Assembly (NCBI GenBank): GCA_949358305.1
Contig: OX442314.1
Location: 4,588,001-4,652,000 of the forward strand
Origin: Strigamia acuminata
Taxonomy: Eukaryota
Reading direction: 5' to 3'
DNA length: 64,000 nucleotides
This document shows, in pieces, positions 44,597-57,136 of the stretch. The position numbers and the translations under genes are program-made. Numbering within the stretch: the first letter of the stretch is position 1; each line of letters opens with the position of its first letter. Below the pieces are notes generated by a model, which was not told the DNA's origin, made no database searches, and saw nothing but the letters and a program-made list of their open reading frames with translations.

Positions 44597-47500
44597 ATGA
44601 AAAGAAATGATTGGAAGAAAGAAATTGAACGGGCCGTAAACAACGCTTCCGAGGATGACGATGAAGATCAAGTGGATTTGTTACAAATCATTGTAAACAA
44701 CGAAGAGGGAAATTGGGACGAACCCAATGAACCCGATGTCCAACCCGACGTAAGTAAAAAAAAAAAAAAAAAAATAGAAAAAATTCAAGTATCGATAATC
44801 AAAAATACGAAATAAGTTCGTGGACTGACCACAAACGAAAAAATAATTTAACTTTAAGTGACAAATTATCAAAATTAATCAAATACCGAAAGAAAAATTA
44901 ACTTCAAAACACGTGGTCGAAAAGCACATGGCCGACCATGACGCCATCTTGTGTTAGACGAAAGAATCTCTACAAAAATATGACAAATTAATCAACGATC
45001 CTAATATATTTATTAATATTCTAATATTTAGGACGGATATCGCACTACGTGGGGGCAAATCGACCCGAAAAGAGTTTCCGCAGGCAGCTTATGGCGCGAA
45101 GTAATCCCCATACTGTTCCGACAAGCGCTCGAAGAAGCGGTCGACTTTGAACCATGGAAAATTCGCCTTTTATTGTCCCGTGCGATCAGCCGCTACTGGT
45201 CCAGCCAGCAAACGTTGATCCACTACATGCCGCGCCAATATCAAGCAGCTTTACGGGCAGTTATCTCGAGAAATATGGACCCGCCAGCGCCAATCCCGAA
45301 TCCACTAATCCGAGCCGCCTTTCCTGACGACCAGCGAGGATGGGACGTTTACGAACAATGGCGCGACGCCGAAACAGATGAAGAAAAACACCAGATCCAT
45401 ATGGCATATTACGAAGAAGTAAGGCGGACCGCACATGACGAGGTTTTCAATTATCTACAGCCGGACGGTTACTCGACCGAGGAAATCAGGTTTTGGCTCC
45501 TTCAGATCCGCGAAGACCGGCCCGACCGCCCAGATTGGAGACCGAGACACGGTTTCATCACCTCGCAACGAGCAATGCATCAATTGCATTTTTTGGGCTT
45601 CTTTGGTCGCAAACGCCAGAAAGCCGAGAAACGTCTCTCCAACGAGCACGACGAAGCAGGCTGCTCAGCGAAGAAACAATGCCTGGACAAGCCAAGCACT
45701 TCCAGCAGCGCGCAGAATAAGAAACCCGCGACAGAGAAACGCCTGGCCAAACCAAGCGCTCTCTCTCGCCTGGGAAAGACGGAGGCCCCACAAACATCGC
45801 GATTTCAATCCAGGGACGCCCCGTCAACCAGCCGAAGAAGAGAAAATGTGCGCGAACGCCCCGACCGTCGAGAGGATCAACGCAGACGCGATAGGAACCA
45901 AGAAAATTGGGACGATTATCGTAGAAATTACTTCCGACGGCGGGAAGAAAACAAGGAATCCTGGAATAGACATCGAGAGGAGTTCCTACGCGAACGTGAT
46001 GAGAAAGCCCGACGTGAACGAGAGAACCTCCGGTTACAGGACGAACGAAGAAGGAGAGGATCGGAGAGTCGCGCACGTTCATGGAAAGCGTATCGCGAAG
46101 AGGAATTACGACAGCGAGATAGGAGACGCTGTGAAGTCATCAAATCGATTTGGGACAGTCCCGAACCGATGAAGATTGACGACGAAGTGATTATCGACGA
46201 GGTCCCCGAGCAGAAGAAGATGTATACTCAGGCGGATCTCCTCGCGGTGGTTATGAAATACCAACAAATGCAGCCGAAACCAGTCTACCGCCCGACCCCC
46301 TCGACCGCCTCGAGTCTAGAGACGGCGCCAAGTGCTTTCATCAAGCCGGAACTCTCACAGACGAGAAGCGTAACATCCAGCGTCAGCCTCCCAAGCGCCT
46401 TTCGCAAGAAAGTGATAATCGGCGCACCGACACTGAGTTCTGAAGAACAACTCAGACATCGAGAAGCTCGCTTTGGACCGACCAAAGTCGAACCTCTCCC
46501 AACTATCCCCGAAGCCTCAACTTCAACGAGAACTCCAATCGTTTGGGACAAGCCCGAACCGGAAAAATCAAGACGTCTGGTCAGATCTGTGCCTCAGCCA
46601 ACGACATCCACGGGACCCAATCCGATGTTGCCAGCCCCAGCAGTCATCCAAGCCTCGACTCCAATCAACCCTTCGGAGGTAACGTTGCAACAGTTTCTGG
46701 AGGTAACGACCGTGGAGCAAGCTAGAGCGCTTTTGTGCGAGATGGACTCCTACCAACAAAACGTGATCCAAAACGTCATCACGAACCTTCAGCGGATCTC
46801 AATTGAATATACGCAGAACAAAAATCGGGATCATCCAAATTGGAATACGAGGATCGTGGTTGCCATTACCGACTTGATGTCGATTTTGCTGGCCGCCGCC
46901 ACCTTCCGAAACGCACGTGTTGCTGTAGCAGCCTGGATCGTGGTGGCCCACGAGGGTTTCCAAGTTCCGCCGGCTCTCGTAGACAGCTGGACACGTCTGG
47001 TGCCCTCTGCGGCAGTAATTCGAGCCCAAATGGTGGCCCAGGACCCGGATCCAGAGGCCTCCTACCAGAACGTTCGAGCGATAATTCAACGCTCGCTCCC
47101 GTCACCTTCGGCGGCCACGCCAACCGCAGAGGCTCCGGTTCCCAGGGATCCGACGCCTCCTCCTCCGCCTCCGCCGAGGGAGAAGGGACCCTCCGAGCCA
47201 CTGGCCGAACCAGTCCCGCTCAAGAAGAAGGAACCCAAGAAAAAGATGCTCCTCCCAAAGTCGAGCAAGAAGGTTCCAAAGACGACAGAGCCTCAAATCG
47301 CCGCCAGACTCAGGATGTACTTCCCAGGGTTGTCCTTTACGAAGGACACGGAGGCAAAACTACTCCAGTCTCCAGATCGTGGCTATTCTCTTTACGTCTG
47401 GATGAAGGACGCTATCGAAGCCGGAGCCGGAGGCGAGCGCTTCATCCAACATCAACGACTACTCCGAGCCCATCGCGCACCAACCAGCATCGCCGAGGCC

Positions 47501-47722
47501 CAAAGAATCCACCACACCAATCAAGGTATGTCGGCCTTCCTGCCACCAATTTGGGCCCACGAACGAACGGGAAATCCGCTGGAAGCGCCGGGACACCTAC
47601 GTTTCTACTTGAATGAGAGCGAAGACCCCTCGGACTACTCTTCAAGACTGACCACATCTCCCAACCTGGACGAACCAAGTTCGGAAGATAAGCCGAGTTA
47701 TGCCGATAACTTGAAGAAATAA
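44597..47722 (+). CDS. ORF3 of element B, unknown function, predicted spliced (44597-44749 + 45032-47722, about 947 aa)
   Basis: Acidic 51-codon exon ends GAC|GTAAGT. Acceptor ttctaatatttag|GAC opens a stop-free frame that runs into the 849-aa ORF. Confidence 0.85.
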
Positions 47723-47921
47723 GTAATTAGAAATCGTGACGAGAAGACTGTCTTCTCCAAACTAGGAAATTATTATTATTTGTTTGCGTATCAATTATTT
47801 AAGAATGTAAAATATTTTATGCACCATTCATCATCATTTAAATAAAAAGATTATTTTATGATTAGATATTGTTCCTCCTTTTATTTAAGGGACCCCGATG
47901 ATTTATTCTCGGGGAGGGACG

Positions 47922-48552
47922 TGTGGTGATTCGGCATCACCTGAAGAAGTAATTAGCGGTGATTATTGTGTTACTAATACTCGCCACTAGAGCGCGCTAG
48001 AAATACCGACTAGACTGACTAGTCTCGTGTTTCTGCGAACCTGCATAATCGGAAGGATTTGCATATGACGTCATTTCCGGTTAGTATATAACGCCGATAC
48101 TTGACCGGAAACGACACTACAGTTACCACATTTCAGCAAGAGCACCATTTACCTCACCTTTCAGGCCGTTTCACGGATTGATCGAGGACCGGTGCCCGCT
48201 GACCATCTCAACTGTACAACAGCCACATTTATTTAGCGTAGCCAATCTACGCTAGAATAAATATTCGAACGATATTCGTTTAATTCGCACGAGAAAGCGA
48301 ATTCTCGCGTGTTCATAATAACACGTGGAAATACCCTAGACAACAAACATAGACCACGCGTAGGACTAAACAATTGGATCCGCCATTGTTTAGCGGCAAC
48401 TCGTATTCGCAGCCGAATCCGAGGACCAACACAGGAAACATCTTGACTTATATTTGTATTAGTAAGCGTGTTTTAATAAAGCAGTATTTGAAATATATTG
48501 TATTCCCGAGTGTATTATTTATTATCTTTAACCACAAAGTCGAATCACGACA
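47922..48552 (+). repeat. 3' LTR of element B
   Basis: Offset 11159 from the 5' LTR, preceded by the PPT. Confidence 0.97.
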
Positions 48553-49070
48553 AGATTACTGTGTGATATGTTATGTATTTATCACGCCAGATGGCGTTAC
48601 TGTATTATAGTTTAAATGTACTATTAAAAGAAGGCACTAGTTGTTGTTTTTGAACTGTCATGGCACCTTCACTCATTTTATCAGCCTCCACAATTTAGAC
48701 AACTAATAACACATGGTGGCAGCGGTAAACACACTGGAAATTGGTTGGAAAGATCAACTGGGTGGAGTTACGTCAATAAAGACGGTAGGCAATTGAAAAA
48801 TTGGATATTTGGGACCGAAAACGACGTGCGATCGTGAGCAACAGAGGCGACGTTGATGCGCGAGCTCAAGCACACCGATTTTACGCCGAGTATTCTTCGA
48901 GATTCAACAATATTCGACTATTTTCGACAATTTTCGATTATTTTCATCTGTTGGACCCGGCAAATGTGCCTTTTGATTGAAGAAGACAAGGAATTGTAGC
49001 TTTACTCATCATTGAGCCCATACAGGAGGACCAAGAGGAGGAGAAGGAAGAGAAAAACATTCCACCAGTC

Positions 49071-49934
49071 ATGGCAAAAGTGGAGCACAGCATTTGCAAA
49101 CCACCGGATGAATTTGATTTCAAGAATGCAGCAGATTGGCCAAGATGGATTGCCAGATTTGAGTTATTTCGCTCCATGATGGATTTGGACACCCAGCCAG
49201 GCAAAAAGCAAGTGGCTTCACTCCTTTACCACATGGGAGATACAGCAAATGACATTTATGCTTCATTCAAATTGGCGGATCCGGACAAGCACGATTATGC
49301 AAAAGTGAAAGCAGCTTTTGAGGCGAAATTTGTTACGACAACAAACGTGATTTATGAGCGAGCCATGTTCTACAACCGCCAGCAAAAGGACGGTGAAACA
49401 ATGGACGAGTACATCACGGCATTGCATACGGCGGCCAAACACTGCAATTTTGATGCATTGTATGACGAGTTTATCCGCGATAAGATTGTGAATGGCATTC
49501 GGGACAAGGCGATGGCAAAGAAGCTTCAACTTCAAAGCAACTTGACATTGGCGAAGGCTATCGAGATGACGAAACAATCCGAGCAAGTCAATTCGCAGTC
49601 GAAAACATTGCTGGAAGCGACATCGACCAATAAGTCTGTGGATCGAGTTGACTCCAAGAAGGTTCAACGATCCAACTTCTGGAAAAAGAAGACTGAACGG
49701 CCAGATGACAGCGGAAAATCGAGCAAATCGGACGGCGGTCCCAAGACACAGCCGAGGAATGCATCGAAAAACTCAAGTAGTTGTGGCAGATGTGGCAGCG
49801 GATTCCATCCAATGAAGGATTGCCCAGCAGCAAAGTTGACATGCCACAAATGCAATCGCAAAGGGCATTATGCGAGAGTATGCCAAGGCGCAGCAGTTCA
49901 AGGGGTCGGCGAAGCAACGGACTCTTACATTTAA
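49071..49934 (+). CDS. gag: Gag of element D
   Basis: 'WPRWIARFE..FYNRQQKDGETMDEY..IRDKIVNGI' and Cys/His knuckles CGRCG..H..C / CHKCNRKGHYARVC. Confidence 0.9.
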   Translation: MAKVEHSICKPPDEFDFKNAADWPRWIARFELFRSMMDLDTQPGKKQVASLLYHMGDTANDIYASFKLADPDKHDYAKVKAAFEAKFVTTTNVIYERAMFYNRQQKDGETMDEYITALHTAAKHCNFDALYDEFIRDKIVNGIRDKAMAKKLQLQSNLTLAKAIEMTKQSEQVNSQSKTLLEATSTNKSVDRVDSKKVQRSNFWKKKTERPDDSGKSSKSDGGPKTQPRNASKNSSSCGRCGSGFHPMKDCPAAKLTCHKCNRKGHYARVCQGAAVQGVGEATDSYI

Positions 49935-50411
49935 TCAGTCAACGGAGTAGCCAGTCGACAGGGGAGATGGCATGTGTCGGTTGAGATCAGGAACGCAAGA
50001 ATTACATTCAAGGCAGATTCCGGCGCCGAAACAACATGTATTCCCGAAGAAGTCTACAAGGACTATTTTTCCGATAGAAAATTACGGAAACCCGAGCTGA
50101 ACTTGCATAATGCAACCAAAGGAAAAATGGAAACATTAGGAATGTTATAGGAGAAAATCGAGTACCGAGGACGGTCGAAATTAACAGCAATCTACGTTGT
50201 TCGAGGTTTAATGCAGCCATTACTGGATGGCGACACCTGCGAAGAGTTGAACATCATCAGACGTTGCGGGGTTGATGCGGTAAAAACGGAGAAGACACCA
50301 AAGATGTCATTCGATCCGAAGACGGCTTACCCGAAGCTATTCAGCGGGTTGGGACGCGTCGAAATACCGTACAAAATTTGACTGAAACCTGATGCAAGTC
50401 CATATGCGTTA

Positions 50412-53090
50412 ATGACACCTCGAAGAGTTCCGATTCCTCTGCTAAACGAGATAAAAGCAAACCTCGACAAGATGGTATTATTGGGAGTTATCGAACGGGT
50501 AGAAGAACCAACAGATTGGTGTTCTGGGCTGGTTTTGGCACCGAAGCCCGACGGATCAATTCGTATGTGCGTGGATTATGTGAGGCTTAATCGCTACGTG
50601 ATGCGAGAAACACATCCGATGCCCGTTACTGAGAACGTGTTGGGTCAACTAGGGAAAGCAAAGTATTTTTCAAAGCTCGACGCCAATCATGGCTTTTGGC
50701 AGTGTCAGTTGGATGCCGAATCACGGCTGTTGACAACATTCATCACTCCATTTGGCCGATACATGTTCAAGAGGCTTCCTTTCGGCATAAATGCAGCGCC
50801 TGAATTCTTTCAGAAGAGGATGAGTGAAATTCTCGAAGGATTGGAAGGCAAGCAAGTCAACGTTGATGACATATTGGTTTATGGCGACACCATCGAGGAA
50901 CATGATAGACGTTTACGTGTGGTTCTCCAACGCTTGCTAGAAGCGGGAATAACGTTGAACGTAGCGAAATGCGAGTTCGGGAAAACCAAGATAAAATTCC
51001 TGGGACACATCATCGATCAAGCCGGAGTTCATGTCGATGATGACCGGATAGTAGCCATTAGAAAAATGGGCAAACCCGAAAATGTGTCGGAATTAAGAAG
51101 TCTACTTGGTTCAGTCAATTACCTAGGTAGATTCATCCCGAATTTGGCAACAAAAGCACACCCGTTAAATGAACTATTGGGCGGCAAGAATGAATTCCGA
51201 TGGGGGACGCAGCAAGAAGCGGCGTTTGACGCCATTAAAGAGGAATTATCAAAGGCCCCAACATTAGCGTGGTTCGATCCTACGAGAGAGACAGTGATCA
51301 CAGCGGATGCGTCTTCGTACGGAGTCGGTGCAGTGCTTAAACAAAAGCAAGAAGACGGCAAATTCAGGCCGATTGCCTACGCGAGTAAGACCTTAACGAA
51401 ATGTCAGAAGAATTGGGCACAGATAGAAAAAGAGGGATATGCTCTCGTATGGGCATGTGAGAGGTTCAAGAACTTCATCATTGGGATTCCCGTCTGTCTG
51501 GAAACTGACCACAAGCCGTTGGTACCCATCTTAATGACGAAGGAACTCGACGAGATCACTCCAAAATTGCAACGGATGCGACTTCGACTACAGCGGTACT
51601 GCTACACTGTCAAGCACATTCCAGGCAAAGAGTTAGGCGCGGCTGATGTTTTGTCAAGGCGTCCATTGCCAGACACTGAAGAAGATGGCGACATTGAGCA
51701 ACGACTCAAGGGTTGCGTGACAGCTTATGTGCAGCTGATTACCAAGCATCTTCAAGCAACTGACCAACGCTTGGGTGAAATCATTGATGTCCAGAACAGG
51801 GATCCGATTTGCATCAAGCTTTGGCAGTTCAGTCAACATGGATGGCCAGCCAAAGATTGGTTACCACAAGGGTTAGGAGACTTTTGGCAATACCAAGATG
51901 AGATAACCATAGAAGAAGGACTACTCATGAAAGGGTCAAGGATTGTGATCCCAGCGGAATTACGAGAATTCATACTGGACAAGATCCACACGGGACACTT
52001 AGGAATCACGAAATGTCGAGCCAGGGCAAGGTCTGCGGTTTGGTGGCCAGGGATTTCGAGGGACGTTGAAAAACGCATTTCCACATGCACAGAGTGTATC
52101 AAGGAATCCTCAAATCCTCACGAACCACTCATGCCAGCGGAATTCCCGAAACGGCCATGGCAAAAAGTTGGCATGGATCTTTTCTATTTGGATCGTCAGT
52201 GGTATTTGCTCGTTGAAGATTACTACTCGCGATATCCAGAAGTCAAGACGCTGACATCGCTCAAGGAAAGCGAAGTGATTTTATTCCTAAAATCGATATT
52301 TTCGCGACATGGGACACCAGAAGAAGTGGTCAGCGATAATGGAACGCAATTTGGAACTCTATTGAAATCAGAGTTTTCCATATTTGCGGCGGACTGGAAA
52401 TTTATCCACACGACATCGAGTCCGAAATATCCTCAGACCAATGGGTTCGCAGAGGCCGGGGTCAAAGTCATCAAACGGATTTTGAAGAAATCTAGCGATG
52501 CTTTTAAAGCACTTCAAAGTTATCGTGCGACTCCACTGGCAAACGGATTCTCACCCGCGGAGCTGCTGATGGGGCGGAAAATAAGGACCGAAGTTCCGAC
52601 CACCGCAACCCAATTGATGCCTAAGACTCCAGATGCGAAACTTCTTCAGGGGAAGGAGGAGAAGAGAATAGCAGATCAAAAGAGGAATTTCGATAAGCGA
52701 CATCGAGCGAAGGATTTACCAGACCTGCAACCAGGCGAGAAGGTTTGGATCATCGATTTGAGGCGATCGGGCGTCATCGAGAAGAAGGCGGGACGACCGC
52801 GCTCATACATTGTTAACCCCGATAAGCGAACGGTGCAACGCAATCGATTCCACCTCATCCCACTGAAGGACGATTCGGACAAGCCGGACGACATCGATCC
52901 AGGGGACAGCCAAGCAAATGAGTCCAGTGAGGTCGAGGAACCACCAATTGAACAACAGGCACCAGAGACGGCCGAGATTCCGGTTCCAGTTCGACAATCA
53001 CCAGAGACGATGCGAACATCTCCAAGACCAATGGTTACGAGGAGCGGAAGAGCGGTCAACAAGCCAAGTCGGCTCATTGAAGAATGCTAA
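50412..53090 (+). CDS. pol: Pol (RT-RH-IN) of element D
   Basis: 'KLDANHGFWQ', 'LPFGI', 'NVDD', 'ADAS', 'HTGHLGITKC', 'SDNGTQF'. Confidence 0.93.
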   Translation: MTPRRVPIPLLNEIKANLDKMVLLGVIERVEEPTDWCSGLVLAPKPDGSIRMCVDYVRLNRYVMRETHPMPVTENVLGQLGKAKYFSKLDANHGFWQCQLDAESRLLTTFITPFGRYMFKRLPFGINAAPEFFQKRMSEILEGLEGKQVNVDDILVYGDTIEEHDRRLRVVLQRLLEAGITLNVAKCEFGKTKIKFLGHIIDQAGVHVDDDRIVAIRKMGKPENVSELRSLLGSVNYLGRFIPNLATKAHPLNELLGGKNEFRWGTQQEAAFDAIKEELSKAPTLAWFDPTRETVITADASSYGVGAVLKQKQEDGKFRPIAYASKTLTKCQKNWAQIEKEGYALVWACERFKNFIIGIPVCLETDHKPLVPILMTKELDEITPKLQRMRLRLQRYCYTVKHIPGKELGAADVLSRRPLPDTEEDGDIEQRLKGCVTAYVQLITKHLQATDQRLGEIIDVQNRDPICIKLWQFSQHGWPAKDWLPQGLGDFWQYQDEITIEEGLLMKGSRIVIPAELREFILDKIHTGHLGITKCRARARSAVWWPGISRDVEKRISTCTECIKESSNPHEPLMPAEFPKRPWQKVGMDLFYLDRQWYLLVEDYYSRYPEVKTLTSLKESEVILFLKSIFSRHGTPEEVVSDNGTQFGTLLKSEFSIFAADWKFIHTTSSPKYPQTNGFAEAGVKVIKRILKKSSDAFKALQSYRATPLANGFSPAELLMGRKIRTEVPTTATQLMPKTPDAKLLQGKEEKRIADQKRNFDKRHRAKDLPDLQPGEKVWIIDLRRSGVIEKKAGRPRSYIVNPDKRTVQRNRFHLIPLKDDSDKPDDIDPGDSQANESSEVEEPPIEQQAPETAEIPVPVRQSPETMRTSPRPMVTRSGRAVNKPSRLIEEC

Positions 53091-54105
53091 GAAGACTTTT
53101 CATTTTATTCGTTTGTTTCGTTCCAATTATTACTTTGTAACTGGGAGGGGATGTGTGATATGTTATGTATTTATCACGCCAGATGGCGTTACTGTATTAT
53201 AGTTTAAGTGTACTATTAAAAGAGGGGACTAGTTGTTGTTTTTAAACTGTCATGGCACCTTCACTCATTTTATCAGCCTCCACAATTTAGACAACTAATA
53301 ACACAATTACATTTTTACAATAACTTACCTACGCACCTACCATTATAACAGCACATGATCGATCTAGGTGCATTGGTGGCTGAACACGGTAATATATGGT
53401 AAGGGGATTTTACTTTGCATGCTAATGGAGAAGGTAGTAATGGCTTGTAATTTGCATGTAGACTTGCAAGATAAATTTGTGGGTAAGTAACTTGTCACTT
53501 TAGTCAATAATTGGTGCAGAAACATTTGGATTGATCTTATGCAGTTCTAGATTGGACAAATTGGCCACCCAGTTTGAGGCAAAACCAATTATAAATGTTT
53601 AAAAGATAAATGTGCAAAGAAAGTATTGACATTCCCAATGCTAATCCGACAATGCTGCCGACATCGCATAACAAGCGAGATATTGGATAATTTAGATCGT
53701 CTATTATAGTCTCCTCAAAACTGTTAGCTGGCCGAAGCTTTATAAATGTGTACATATTATTTTTGAATTTACTTTCATGCTCGATAGTTTGGTAATAAGT
53801 AATTTTGCAGGGTTGTTTACAGTTGAAAAGTTTTTTGATTGGAATTGTAATTGCGAAAATACTGGGAATGGGCACTAGTAATGTCTTCCAACTTGTTGCA
53901 AGGTGGCAAACTTGGTGATGACATGTACGGCAATCTGAAACAAGCATAGTTAAATTAAACTGAATTCACAAAAACTAAGTGCCTGCAAAAAGTTGAGTTT
54001 TCGGTGTTAGTTTGGTTTTGCGGTGTCACTACCTTAAATGGAGCGGTTGATGACTTGCTACTTGCAAGTTAACGTAATGGTTGGTACAAACTTCCGTATA
54101 CGCTT

Positions 54106-54312
54106 GGCCAGCAGAATCTGTATTTTTAACTCCAGCTACCAGATGGCGCAAAAACTCGTTGTTTTTTTGACGTCACAGGATCCAACCCACTGGATCCAAA
54201 CTTTTGCCAGACACAATGGAGGAGTAGAATTTGTTTTTCGTGAGTCACAAAAAATCAACGAGTTTTTGCGCCATCTGGTGGTTAGAGTTGAAAATACAAA
54301 TTCTGCTGGCCA
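54106..54312. mobile_element. Palindromic MITE-like element
   Basis: About 70-bp arms TGGCCAGCAGAAT..CCAGATGGCGCAAAAACTCGTTG and their reverse complement. Confidence 0.7.
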
Positions 54313-57136
54313 AGCTTGAGCAGGTAAGGGACGTTTTTCATGTCCAAGACTGTACATCAATAGCCATTTTTTTTGCTAACCAATCTCACAATATTTGAAT
54401 TGTTTGATGTTGTGAGCTGTGATTGGCTACTGGAAAATTCGCACAGAATAATAGAAAATATTTCTATTTTCAAAATCTAAAGAAAAACCGCATCATCACA
54501 GGAAGTGACGTTATTCTGAGCTCGGAATCTGCAGCGTACACGCTGTGACCGCTTGGCCACTCACGGTGGCCTGCGTCACTACCACGCACCACCTTGCGGC
54601 CCCAAGGTCGTCGTCTCTTGTGAGTGGACTGACCCAATACGGGGAGGAGGGAGCTAAGTGGTGTGGTGAGGGAGAGATGTGAGAGAGAGGAGCAGGACCA
54701 CCGATGGGACAAGACGTGTCCGAGGCCTGGCGTCCGCAAGGGCAACCCTGCCCTGTGCGCTCGATGATCTCCTCACCATTCACCACGTCAAAGCTCAGTA
54801 GTATGTCGTTCTCCATACTGCAGCCTCCATGAGTGCCTGCGTGGGTTGTACAGGTGAGTACGACATGAATGTTATATTGAATCGACAACGTCATCCATGG
54901 GGCTCACGCCCTGTGTGTTACGGGTTGGTTGCCGGTGCAGTATGCCTAACTGGCACCCCTGCAACGGGTGACGGGATTCTCAAACCCCTAGACAACAGTA
55001 TTAAGGGCCAACAACCAGCAATATGGAGTCTCTTGTCATTTCACGTGAGTATCCGTCCCACACCAGAATAAGTAGTCGCCGGGTTTCCTTGGCAACGACC
55101 ATACCAGCCACAACGCAAGTGTGAACCAGGCTTTAGAGGTGGTATTTTGTAACAGCATTGATGGAAGGAAGGAATGACTACTAGATTACACTCAAATGTT
55201 AAATATTATCAGCATTTGATAGAAGAACCACAACAATACCTGCAATTGATCCTGTGAAATAAATTGTTCTGCGTGCAGGCAGTTTGACACATGAAATAAG
55301 CAGTTTTGTTTTGCTCACATGGGTTGAGTTTTGTATTTCTTCGAATGGTCTGTTTAATAACATAATCATGGTTTAATTTTTTAATTTTGTTCGTTTCAAA
55401 TGCAATGCATCCTGTGTGGTCAGCAATGTCCGGACAAGCTTGGTGGGGCATTACTAGACAAACGTCTTATTATTCTGACTATTAGTCCGCACATGACCAG
55501 AAAAATGTGGAAACTTTTTTTGACTGTTTTATTTCTATCTAGTCAAGTTATGTGACATTTGTCAAGACTAGAGAGTTACGCTGACCTAACTTGTCATTTT
55601 CCTAACCGGACAAAAATTCTAGGGGCTGTCTTGTAACTATATAGAGTACTGTACACAGAGGACGTACACTGTACAGTCGTGGACAAAAAACTTCTCTTCA
55701 GTTCAGCTGTTTAAAGTGTATCTATCATTATTTGTTTATCTTTTAACACAGATGTTAGGGCAAGTCGAGAGATCGGATCAAGATTGATGTCATTGAATCT
55801 CAATGTATTTTTATGCCACCTGGTAGATAAACTGAAGGGAAGTTTTTTTGTTCACAACTTTGAATGCACCCGAATGTTACCTTAGATATACGAAGAGCAA
55901 ATACAGTCAAAGAGCCATAGGACATAAACATGGGTGCTAAAATATTGACTTCATCTTCTGGGTTATTCAGAAAAAACTGAAAATGTTTGTAATTGGATTT
56001 AGAAAGATTTTGGTTAAATTATTATACTAGTACAATCAGTTTGAAAGCTTAAGCTAGATGTACAGTACAAGATAACATCACTCATCGATTCTTGCCTAAT
56101 TGGAAGTGCCGAAACAGTCGACGAATGATATTGTCTTACCTACTTGTAATACCGCTTTTGCACCAAAAAACTTTTGGCTAGTCTAACAATTAGATTTACC
56201 TTAAGTCCTTTAATGGAATGCGGGTGTTCTAATTATAAAATTCAGATTTTCCCGTATATTAATTGAGATCCGCACACATTTTTCTTTACTTGATATTAAC
56301 TATTTTATCTAAAATAAGTTTATTTTGATATTACCCATAGATGTTGTTCACATACTTCTGGGGGAAAAAGTTTTATGAGAGCAATTGTAACATCTGCTGT
56401 TACATGGTTCGTTTTTTCTATAAAAAAAAAAATAATTTTATTCATGGTATATACCTTAAACTATACTGTATTGGAGCCCAGATTACTATGGAATATATTT
56501 CATTAGTGATCTGGGCTCCAAGACAGTAAAGTCGAAACTCTTTATAACAAATCGCAAGGGACCCGAAAAATCAATTCGTTATAACGAAAGTTCGTTAAAA
56601 CAAATTAGCTGAAAAAAAAATTACATTTCATCATAAACAACATTATATATTCATAAATTCATGTTAGCTTTATCCCAATTCTTAAAAATTGTTGAAATTG
56701 TAAAACGGGACAAATTAAACTCAACTGCCACAATTGATGGCTTCTTGTCCTGAATCAAAATTTCCTTTCATTTGCCAGCCATTTTAAAACAGAAAATTTA
56801 TTATTTTTTCTAATGTTCTAAACATAGGCATAGGATTTTGTGACTCGTGATCAGATTTGAAAATTCTTTATAACAAGGCGTTGTGAGTATTGCAGTGTAC
56901 GTAAAACCTTGTTTGTTATAACGAATAATTCGTTATATTGAAATTCGATTCAATATATTAAGAATTTTTAACATGGTCATTTTTAACGATTCGTTAAACC
57001 GATAATTCGTTATATCGTGATTCGTTACAAAGAGTTTCGACTGTACTTCCAAGAGCCTAAAAGGTAAGAAAGAGATGATTAATTAATTATATCATTGATA
57101 ATCAGAACTAAAAGGTGATTGATTAGTTCAATGTCT

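Larger units (their letters stand above)
36763..48552 (+). mobile_element. Ty3/Gypsy LTR retrotransposon B, full length and apparently intact (11.8 kb; gag, pol, ORF3)
   Basis: 631-bp TG..CA LTRs at 36763-37393 and 47922-48552 (one mismatch noticed), TSD AGAT, PBS, PPT GGGGAGGGAC at 47911-47920, all ORFs open. Confidence 0.97.
48560..53305 (+). mobile_element. Mag-like Ty3/Gypsy element D, defective
   Basis: 154-bp LTRs at 48560-48713 and 53152-53305 (4 mismatches counted), 5-bp TSD ATTAC, PBS TGGTGGCAGCGGT (tRNA-Leu-like) at 48714, PPT GGGAGGGGA. Stops/frameshifts in the protease region 49934-50411. Confidence 0.95.

Noticed and set aside
45435..47616. Overlapping 245-aa and 258-aa ORFs inside B ORF3
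   Set aside because: Expected alternative-frame ORFs in GC-rich coding DNA; no motifs and no counterpart recognised in A.
45173..47722. ORF3 as an env gene
   Set aside because: No signal peptide, Cys-rich ectodomain or C-terminal TM anchor; composition is charged and Pro-rich.
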